From NCBI GenBank assembly GCA_031291995.1, contig JARLHZ010000010.1, positions 37,155-101,154 of the forward strand: DNA of 64,000 nucleotides. The letters are read 5' to 3'. The translations under genes were made by a program, and so were the position numbers. Source of the stretch: Candidatus Doudnabacteria bacterium. GTDB lineage: Bacteria; Patescibacteriota; Doudnabacteria; UBA920. The notes beneath the pieces are model-generated. The model did not search any database. It was given only the letters and a program-made list of their open reading frames with translations, and was not told the DNA's origin. How positions within the stretch are numbered: the first letter of the stretch is position 1; every line of letters begins with the position of its first letter. Shown here in pieces: positions 31,823 through 39,149 of the stretch.

Positions 31823-32230
31823 TTACGGCGCGCTAGTCGAATTCGGACTGGCCACCAGGCTGGAAATAACGTTTATAATCACGTAGGACAAGATTATAAT
31901 CACGATACCGATAATTGCGTTAATGGCCGTACCTTTGCCTTTTTCCGCGGTTTCTTCGTTACCGGCTGAGGTAATGTACCAGAAGCCGCCAATAATCAGG
32001 AACAACACGGCAATACCGAAGGCAATGCCCAAGAGCCAGTCAATTACCGTGCGAATAAAACCGTTAATGCTGGTAGATTGACAGTTTAAACCCGTTGACG
32101 GGTCGCACTGAAAATTGGCATTTAACTGAGCGCTTGCCAACACCGGAGCGGAAATTAACATAACGGACAACATAACTTCCGCAATTTTAATCAGTTTTTC
32201 TTTTTTTATTATTTGTTTCAAGCTGTTCAC
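31823..32230 (-). CDS. VirB2/TrbC-like (CPR) pilin
   Basis: Signal peptide and GGFWYITSAGNEETAEKGK motif. Confidence 0.85.
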   Translation of the reverse strand: MNSLKQIIKKEKLIKIAEVMLSVMLISAPVLASAQLNANFQCDPSTGLNCQSTSINGFIRTVIDWLLGIAFGIAVLFLIIGGFWYITSAGNEETAEKGKGTAINAIIGIVIIILSYVIINVISSLVASPNSTSAP

Positions 32231-32370
32231 CCCCTCTCTGTACCTTTCCCTCTCCCTCCTTGCCCGCCGAAGCCTTTTGGCAAAGGCGGGTGGGAGAGGA
32301 CAAAGGTGAGGGATTAGGATTAATTTTTAATTTGACTTTATTATACCACAATAGTTACCTTGTTTCCATG

Positions 32371-32814
32371 CTAACTCCCATGCAACAGTAAATTTGAAAT
32401 AATTCTGACGATAACGGTGGCTAAAATTACCACCACCAAACCGATAACTGAGTTAATGATTATTTTTTTACCTTTTTCCGACTGCTCCTCGTTGCCGGCC
32501 GAAGTCACATAAAAGAATCCGCCAATTATTAAAAAGACCGCCGTGACCACGCCAACCAGGCCCATTGCCCAATAAAATACCGCCAAAACCAGGCCGCTAG
32601 CCGAGCAAAAATAAGGCAGGCTGCTGCTGGCTACCACATTGGCGCCGGAACTCAATCCGAATTGGCTCATAAAATTGGCACATCGCTGGTCAGAAGAAAT
32701 TACCGGCGCCTGATTTTGCGCCCCGGCCACAGCCGGCACCAACGCCAAAAATGACAAGTTGAATAGAACCAGCAGTGAGGCGATTTTCGCGAACTTGATA
32801 AATTTAATTCCCAT
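32371..32814 (-). CDS. VirB2/TrbC-like (CPR) pilin
   Basis: Signal peptide and GGFFYVTSAGNEEQSEKGK motif. Confidence 0.85.
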   Translation of the reverse strand: MGIKFIKFAKIASLLVLFNLSFLALVPAVAGAQNQAPVISSDQRCANFMSQFGLSSGANVVASSSLPYFCSASGLVLAVFYWAMGLVGVVTAVFLIIGGFFYVTSAGNEEQSEKGKKIIINSVIGLVVVILATVIVRIISNLLLHGS

Positions 32815-32831
32815 ATTTTTGTTGTTAGATT

Positions 32832-33326
32832 TTATTGATGCAGTAACTGCTCGGGCAAATTGCTACAGGGATTTTGGTCAATGATCAGGTAATTCATGGG
32901 GTTAGTGAGATCAAGCCTGCAATTGGCGTTGTTCTTTAATGAAATATCGCGGGTCAGCAGGACATTAACCACCGTATTAATAAGCATAAAGGCGATTAGC
33001 ACCAAAATAAACCCGACGACCGCTTCCGAGATTCCGCTTTTATGTTTGGTAATCGCTTCTTCATTACCCATGGAAATGACCAGCCAAAATCCGTGGTCAA
33101 CAATTTTGTATGCCGCGTAAACTCCGGCCATGGCAATCAACCAGTTGGTGACCTTGGCAATGAGAGTAAATATATCTATAACCGTACACGGTTTTTCGGC
33201 CGCGCCACCGCACGGTACCAGCCCGGCCGCGTGCGTAACGTGCGGCATACTGACGGCAAATAAACTAACAGCCGATAAAGCCAGGATTCCAAGGAAAATT
33301 TTTTGTTTCTGTGCGGACATTTTCAA
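32832..33326 (-). CDS. Divergent VirB2/TrbC-like pilin (GLVPC type)
   Basis: AAGLVPCG...PC, GFWLVISMGNEE. Confidence 0.75.
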   Translation of the reverse strand: MKMSAQKQKIFLGILALSAVSLFAVSMPHVTHAAGLVPCGGAAEKPCTVIDIFTLIAKVTNWLIAMAGVYAAYKIVDHGFWLVISMGNEEAITKHKSGISEAVVGFILVLIAFMLINTVVNVLLTRDISLKNNANCRLDLTNPMNYLIIDQNPCSNLPEQLLHQ

Positions 33327-33641
33327 TACTAATCAATTACCCCGCAGCAGAGCTGCGAGGTATGAACTGCAGGTTGCAAAGGAGTTGCTATAACCCCGGA
33401 GCAGAGCTCCGAGGAAATCTTATTCATTATACCATAAGCTGACCGGAACCGCCAAACCATTACTGGTAACAGCTCTCAATCTTGAGTAGGACAAACCCGG
33501 AGGCCGGAAATACTGGCGATTTTATGCAGCGAGAATTGGGATGCGTTGTGATATCAGGCGCAGACTGATGAACGAGAAGCCCCCCAGGCCGCGGAAAATC
33601 GGAAGGATTTTCGGCCTCACTCAGGCTTGTGAATTTTGATC

Positions 33642-34937
33642 TTATTGATTTACCAGAGTAGCGGCCTGCTGTTGGCCCTGTTGCAGCGCTTGCTGGGCGG
33701 CCATGCCGTTCAAAATCACATTATCTATCATTTGCCCGAAAATTCCGTCCATCTTAACCTGGTCGGGCTTGTAAAAAGACTTCGCGGTCAAGTCGGAATT
33801 GGCGAACACGCCAATGTCCGGGTCCTGGACCTGCAGGCTGATTAAATCAAGACGGGAAGACGGCACCTTATTTTTCGCGTAATACTGGTCAAGGGAACTT
33901 TTGCTGGTTATAAAATTTATAAAATTCCAGGCCGTGTTCGGGGATTTGCTCTGTTTGCTGACCACTTCGCCCCAGTAATTGGCAAAGTTGACGGCCGGCT
34001 GGGTGAGGTTCGGCTGGGGCATGGGAGCCACGTCAAAATTTAAATTCGGATTTTTCTGCCTCAGACTGGCCAAAGTAAAAGAATAACTGATTAAAAACGC
34101 GGCGCGGCCGTTGGCAAAGGCGTCTATGGAATAATCGCTCCGCGCGTTCCAGTTATAATTTGGCGAAGCGGGATTGGCAAAAGAAGTGTAATAGTTCAGT
34201 CCGTCCAAACCCGGATTATCGCTTTGGCCGTTTTGGGTAACGGCATTAGCGAATACCGGCCTGGTCCCGTCCGTAGAAAACGGAGCGGCCCCTTTTTGAA
34301 GCATAAATAAATACAAAATATCCACAGCGCGATTGACGTTGGCGTTAGTGCCGGCGGCCAGGCCGCTCAGGGTAAAATAACCGGTCTGGTCGGCGCGTTT
34401 GATTTTTTGCACGTCCTGAGAAAGTTCGTCCCAGGTTTTCGGCGGGGTGGCTATGCCGGCGGATCCTAAAATATCCTTATTATAGTAAAGCCCCAGGCTA
34501 TCGACGCTTAAAGGTACGCCGTAAACTTTTTGGTTGAGCGTAAAATCCTTAACCGCCACATCCACGAAAGTATTTTTATAGTTGGTGTACGATAAGATTG
34601 TACTGGTCGCCGGACTGATTTTGTTTATATACTGGGGCAGCCAGGAATTATTGATGGCGAAAATATCGGGGCCGGACCCCGAAGCCAAGGCGTTGATTAA
34701 ATCCTGCGGATAAGTATTAATGTCTTTTTGCGTAAATACCACCTGGACATTGGGATATTTTTGCTGATACGCACTAATCAGCGGCTGAATTTGCGCGGTG
34801 GTAATAAACGGATCCCAAAAATTCAGCACAATCCGCTGCGATGCTGTCCCGCCGCCGCCGCATCCGGCGGAAACGAACACTATTCCCAAAATGGCCAATA
34901 ATATTTTTGATTTGAAAATTTGCGTTTTTTGTTTCAT
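33642..34937 (-). CDS. Extracellular solute-binding lipoprotein (sugar SBP family)
   Basis: Lipobox SAGC; GPDIF, LYYNKD, PPKTWDEL, FANGRAA. Confidence 0.9.
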   Translation of the reverse strand: MKQKTQIFKSKILLAILGIVFVSAGCGGGGTASQRIVLNFWDPFITTAQIQPLISAYQQKYPNVQVVFTQKDINTYPQDLINALASGSGPDIFAINNSWLPQYINKISPATSTILSYTNYKNTFVDVAVKDFTLNQKVYGVPLSVDSLGLYYNKDILGSAGIATPPKTWDELSQDVQKIKRADQTGYFTLSGLAAGTNANVNRAVDILYLFMLQKGAAPFSTDGTRPVFANAVTQNGQSDNPGLDGLNYYTSFANPASPNYNWNARSDYSIDAFANGRAAFLISYSFTLASLRQKNPNLNFDVAPMPQPNLTQPAVNFANYWGEVVSKQSKSPNTAWNFINFITSKSSLDQYYAKNKVPSSRLDLISLQVQDPDIGVFANSDLTAKSFYKPDQVKMDGIFGQMIDNVILNGMAAQQALQQGQQQAATLVNQ

Positions 34938-34953
34938 TGTTTAAAATATTAAA

Positions 34954-35826
34954 TTATTCTTTCAAATTTTTAAGATACGCGGCGAATTCATGTTTTAACT
35001 CATCGTGTTTTAGCCCAAATTCCACCACCGCTTTTAAATATTCCAGCTTATTGCCGGTGTCATAATATTTGCCGTTTTGGATTTCCACGGCATAAACATC
35101 CCGCTGTTTGGCCAATTGATTAATCGCGTCAACCAGCCACAACTCCCCGTCTTTGCCGGTTTTGGTTTTAGATAATATATCAAACAGTTCCGGCGGCATT
35201 ATATAGGCCCCGTGGGTCGCCAGATTGGAAGGCGCTTTGCCGACGGCCGGTTTTTCCGTAATTTGATTAATCTTAAATACTCCGGGCGCGACATCCGATA
35301 CCGCCGCAATTCCGTATTTATTTACCGCTTCGTCCGGCACTCTGACCGCGGAAATATTGGCCGCGCCGTATTTATCCCAAACATCCATCATTTGCTTCAG
35401 CCTCGGCGGAGTGGAATAAATAAATTCGTCTCCCCATAAAATCGCGAACGGCTCATTGCCAATGACGCGGCGGGCGTTTAAAATCGGGGTACCGTTGCCA
35501 TAAGGCCCTTTTTGCCGCACGTAAATAAAATTGGCCATCTCCGCGATTTTGCGGACTTGGTCGGCCTGCTGCTGTTTGCCGGCTTCCAGCAGGCGTTTTT
35601 CCAGCTCGAACGGATAATCAAAATGGTCCTCTATGCTGCGTTTATGCCAGCCCGTGACAATGACAATGTCTTCTATTCCCGAAGCGACCGCCTCTTCAAC
35701 GACGTACTGGATAATCGGTTTATCTACAATCGGCAGCATCTCCTTGGGCATAGCTTTGGTCGCCGGTAAAAAACGTGTCCCAAACCCCGCCGCCGGAATA
35801 ATCGCTTTTCTGATTTTTAGTTGCAT
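34954..35826 (-). CDS. galU: UTP--glucose-1-phosphate uridylyltransferase
   Basis: PAAGFGTRFLPATKAMPKEMLP, EKP, YDTG. Confidence 0.95.
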   Translation of the reverse strand: MQLKIRKAIIPAAGFGTRFLPATKAMPKEMLPIVDKPIIQYVVEEAVASGIEDIVIVTGWHKRSIEDHFDYPFELEKRLLEAGKQQQADQVRKIAEMANFIYVRQKGPYGNGTPILNARRVIGNEPFAILWGDEFIYSTPPRLKQMMDVWDKYGAANISAVRVPDEAVNKYGIAAVSDVAPGVFKINQITEKPAVGKAPSNLATHGAYIMPPELFDILSKTKTGKDGELWLVDAINQLAKQRDVYAVEIQNGKYYDTGNKLEYLKAVVEFGLKHDELKHEFAAYLKNLKE

Positions 35827-35872
35827 GCCTATATTATAAGATAGTAATCGCGAATATACAAATTCGCGGTTA

Positions 35873-37378
35873 CTATTCTGTTTTTGGCCGGTAAATTAGG
35901 GCTTCACCGAGATGCCGGGCTGAAATTTCTTTCGCGCCGGCCAAGTCGGCAATGGTGCGGGAAACTTTTAATATTCGGTGGAGCGAGCGCCCGGAAAAAT
36001 TATATTTTTTCATGGCCGATTTCAGCACATCCTGCTCGGTTTTGGCCAGCCGGCAGTATTGCTTTAATTCCGGCAAATTCATCTCGCTGTTTGTCTTGCT
36101 GGAATTGTACCGCTTTTGCTGGACGGCGCGGGCGGCCGAAACCCGTTTTTTAATTGCCTCCGAACTTTCCGAGCGCTGCTGGTCTGTCATTTTTTCGTAA
36201 GGCAGCCGCGGTACTTCCACGTGCAGGTCAATGCGGTCTAGCAGCGGACCCGAAACTTTTTTTTGATATTTAAAAATTTGTCCGGGACTGCAAACGCAGG
36301 GTTTTTGCCGGTCTCCGGCATAACCGCAGGGACACGGGTTTTGAGCGGCGACCAAAGTAAATTTTGCCGGAAAAGTAAAACTGCCCGACGCGCGCGCGAC
36401 CGTCACCACGCCGTCTTCCAACGGCTGGCGTAGCGCCTCTAAGACATTGCGGGGAAATTCCGGAAACTCATCCAAAAACAAAATTCCCCTGTGCGACAGG
36501 GTAATTTCACCCGGGCGCGGATTTGCCCCGCCGCCGACCAAAGCGACATTGGACGTGGTGTGGTGCGGACTGCGCACCGGACGGCTGGACACCAAACTTC
36601 CGGAAAGTTTGCCGGCAATACTGTAAATTTTAGTCAGCTCCAGGGCTTCGCTTAGGGATAAATCCGGTAATATGCCGGCCATTGCCCGGGCCAAAAGCGT
36701 TTTGCCGCTGCCGGGCGGGCCGGACAACAGGAGATTATGCGAGCCCGCAGCGGCAATTTCCAAAGCGCGTTTGGCCAGTTCCTGCCCGGCGATATCAGCC
36801 ATATCCAGCGCCGCGCTCAAATTTTTTAAAATGTTTTCCGGTTTTTGGCGGGGCTCGGGCCGTAGGACGACAAGCCCCGACAAATGCCCGAATAATTTCC
36901 TTAAGCTGTCCACCGCGTAAACTTTAATGCCCTCGACCAAAGCCGCTTCTTTGGCGTTTTGTTTGGGCACGAATAATTCCTTAAAGCCCGCCTCCGCCGC
37001 TTTTATAGCGGCGGCCAGAACGCCGGGAACCGGACGCAGTTGCCCGTCCAAAGACAGTTCTCCCAAAAACATTTTTCCTCTACCGTCAAACACCAGCTGG
37101 TCTGAGGCCGCAAGCACTCCAAGCGCTATTGGCAAATCAAAATGCGTCCCCAGTTTGGGCACGTCGGCCGGAGCTAAATTTATCGAAACGCGGGTGGGCG
37201 GATAATTACACTCGGAATTCTTAATGGCCGCCTTGACGCGTTCGCGGCTTTCCTGGACCGCGGTATCCGGCAGTCCGACAACAATAGTCGCGGGCAACCC
37301 GTTGGTCACGTCGACTTCAACCTCAATCAGTTCCGCGTTTAACCCGATAACCGCGGCGGAAAAAACTTTGGCAATCAT
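35873..37378 (-). CDS. comM: ComM/YifB Mg-chelatase-like ATPase
   Basis: VGLPD..ESRERV, GPPGSGKT, LFLDE, NPCPCG, SGPLLDRID. Confidence 0.95.
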   Translation of the reverse strand: MIAKVFSAAVIGLNAELIEVEVDVTNGLPATIVVGLPDTAVQESRERVKAAIKNSECNYPPTRVSINLAPADVPKLGTHFDLPIALGVLAASDQLVFDGRGKMFLGELSLDGQLRPVPGVLAAAIKAAEAGFKELFVPKQNAKEAALVEGIKVYAVDSLRKLFGHLSGLVVLRPEPRQKPENILKNLSAALDMADIAGQELAKRALEIAAAGSHNLLLSGPPGSGKTLLARAMAGILPDLSLSEALELTKIYSIAGKLSGSLVSSRPVRSPHHTTSNVALVGGGANPRPGEITLSHRGILFLDEFPEFPRNVLEALRQPLEDGVVTVARASGSFTFPAKFTLVAAQNPCPCGYAGDRQKPCVCSPGQIFKYQKKVSGPLLDRIDLHVEVPRLPYEKMTDQQRSESSEAIKKRVSAARAVQQKRYNSSKTNSEMNLPELKQYCRLAKTEQDVLKSAMKKYNFSGRSLHRILKVSRTIADLAGAKEISARHLGEALIYRPKTE

Positions 37379-37453
37379 AGAATGAGCATTTAAAAAATTG
37401 ACAAAATTGAGCAAAATTGAGCAAAATTCTTTAATACCATTTTTGACAATTTT

Positions 37454-37903
37454 TTAAATTTTGTCATTTTTGTCAATAACTTTGGCGGGCTTGAGCGCTA
37501 ATAAGATAATTCCTAAAATAATATACCCATCGGCCAGATTATATATTCCCACCCAATGATAAAAAGCAATGTAAATAAAATCGCGCACGTAGCCAAGCGC
37601 GATTCTTTCCGCGATGTTACAAAATGCGCCGGCAAAAATAAGGACGAATGCCAGCCGCATTATGCCGGTAAACTCGCGGTGATGTTTAGCGGCGTAATAT
37701 ATCAAACCGGCCATAACGCCAAAATATATCAAATACATTAAAAAAACCGGCACCGGCAGGCTAAACGCGAATTGCCGATTTTGAAAAATATTTTGGGCGG
37801 CAGACTTACTGAACTGGTCAGCCGCCACCAAAAAAATAAATAAAAAAGCGATAAGCCAATTTTTTTTGCTTTCGCTTTTTTTGAAATCGGTAAAATTTTC
37901 CAT
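37454..37903 (-). CDS. lspA: Signal peptidase II
   Basis: DQFSK, N...AFS, NIAER...VRDF, NLAD. Confidence 0.85.
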   Translation of the reverse strand: MENFTDFKKSESKKNWLIAFLFIFLVAADQFSKSAAQNIFQNRQFAFSLPVPVFLMYLIYFGVMAGLIYYAAKHHREFTGIMRLAFVLIFAGAFCNIAERIALGYVRDFIYIAFYHWVGIYNLADGYIILGIILLALKPAKVIDKNDKI

Positions 37904-37953
37904 AAAAAACAGTATTTGGCGCATCCGGTGCATCGGTAACTAATCGGCTAAAA

Positions 37954-38259
37954 CTAAATTGCCTTATCCGCCCATGGTATAGCTCTGAGCCGATCTTCGG
38001 AAATTTCCTTCCCATCGACTCCAATGCCATACGTCCCGTTTTCAATTTTCTCCAGCGCTTTATCAATTTTTTCCAAATCAAGTGTCACTCGGGCAATCAT
38101 ATCCTGACTGACTTCATCGTCTTCGACTTCCTGAGCGTTGGAATCTATGTCGGCTCCCAATTCTTCATGAGGGTTTAGCCCCGCCAAATCATTTTGCAAC
38201 TTTTGTTTCGCGGCCAGCAATTGCTGCTTCATTTCTTCAATAAATTCTTTGTTTAGCAT
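37954..38259 (-). CDS. DksA/TraR-like protein lacking Zn-finger cysteines
   Basis: IDKALEKIENGTYG...GKEISEDRLRAIPWA; no Cys in the protein. Confidence 0.85.
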   Translation of the reverse strand: MLNKEFIEEMKQQLLAAKQKLQNDLAGLNPHEELGADIDSNAQEVEDDEVSQDMIARVTLDLEKIDKALEKIENGTYGIGVDGKEISEDRLRAIPWADKAI

Positions 38260-38452
38260 AAAAGTTTAATTAAATTAATTCTCATATCCGCGGGCTCGGA
38301 CCGCCGTAAAATTTTTTTGCCCCGCGCCTTGCCCGCCCAAGCTTTACTACTACCAACACCGTTCGTTGGCAAGGCGTAGAGGCAAAACAAATTTTTCGGC
38401 GGCCCGAGCCTTACCCGAAAGGCATATATTTTGCCTGTAATTCTTTCTTGCA

Positions 38453-38481
38453 TTATATCCGATAACATTCGGTCTGGCAAT
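38453..38481 (-). promoter_or_regulatory. sigma70 promoter upstream of the dksA-like gene
   Basis: TTGCCA-17-TATAAT. Confidence 0.6.
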
Positions 38482-38514
38482 TTTTTTGCCCTTAAGTAAG
38501 TTGTTAAGCCATAG

Positions 38515-38534
38515 AAAAAGGCCCTTTCGGGCCT
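38515..38534 (-). terminator. Intrinsic terminator of the ncRNA candidate
   Basis: AGGCCC-GAAA-GGGCCT-TTTT. Confidence 0.75.
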
Positions 38535-38539
38535 AGCAA

Positions 38540-38956
38540 ATTGAAAGCAAAATGTCTAGCGAAAAGGGCCTTGTAACCGGGTTTCGATCGGTCACGCGCC
38601 GCTTAAGCTCCAAGGCCAAAACTTTTTGGTCCTAAACCTTAAGCAGCGGGCAACACTCTGTCGAATTCCGGCCTTCCCGGCATAACAGCCAGGAGAGCGT
38701 CTGAATTCCAACCTAATGTCAAACTACACTCTAAACTTCTCTTGTGGTGAATTAACACCTTAACAATTTGATTAACCTAATTTTGGGCTAATCCTTCATT
38801 TTTATTTTTGTTTTACAAACAGCCTGGATTGGACAGGCTATGACGAGAAGTTTAAAGGAAAACTGATTTTAAAAACGATTAAAAGCAGGTTTCCTTCAGT
38901 GAGTTTGAACCGCCTTTGGGGCGGAGTTTTTAAAGAGCTACAATCTTTGTTTCAAT
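38540..38956 (-). ncRNA. Large structured non-coding RNA candidate of unknown class (about 420 nt)
   Basis: No ORF of 60 aa or more; 5' and 3' ends pair; about 10 nested helices; dedicated promoter and terminator. Confidence 0.7.
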
Positions 38957-38981
38957 ATTTATCCACAAAACTTATATATTT

Positions 38982-39010
38982 AGGATAACATCCATACTGG
39001 CTTTTGTCAA
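38982..39010 (-). promoter_or_regulatory. sigma70 promoter of the ncRNA candidate
   Basis: TTGACA-17-TATCCT; DnaA-box matches at 38959-38967, 39095-39103 and 39115-39123. Confidence 0.6.
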
Positions 39011-39149
39011 TAAACACGAGTTTTTTTATACTGTTTCCTTTTAAATAAAAGGGGTTTTAAGTTCAAATCGACTAAAAAGAGATAAAAACCGTACTTTTCC
39101 ACAATTGTATAATTTGTGGATAAGTTGTGAAATTCTCCATCAGCTAGAA

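Noticed and set aside
30375-33326. Conjugative element or prophage
   Set aside because: No relaxase, VirB4, integrase or phage structural genes; the flanks are housekeeping genes.
38573-38680. RNase P RNA (GGGAAGGCCGG and GAAACCCGGTTA resemble the P4 strands)
   Set aside because: No GAGGAAAGUC, the strands are only about 90 nt apart, and other conserved regions are missing. An Rfam scan would settle it.
38566-38930. tmRNA on the plus strand (GGGCCTTGTAACCGGGTTTCGA resembles a tmRNA 5' end)
   Set aside because: No T-arm, acceptor 3' half or CCA about 350 nt downstream; the promoter and terminator point to the minus strand.
38959-39130. Replication origin
   Set aside because: Only about three DnaA boxes, no dnaA or dnaN nearby, and no switch in gene orientation across the site.
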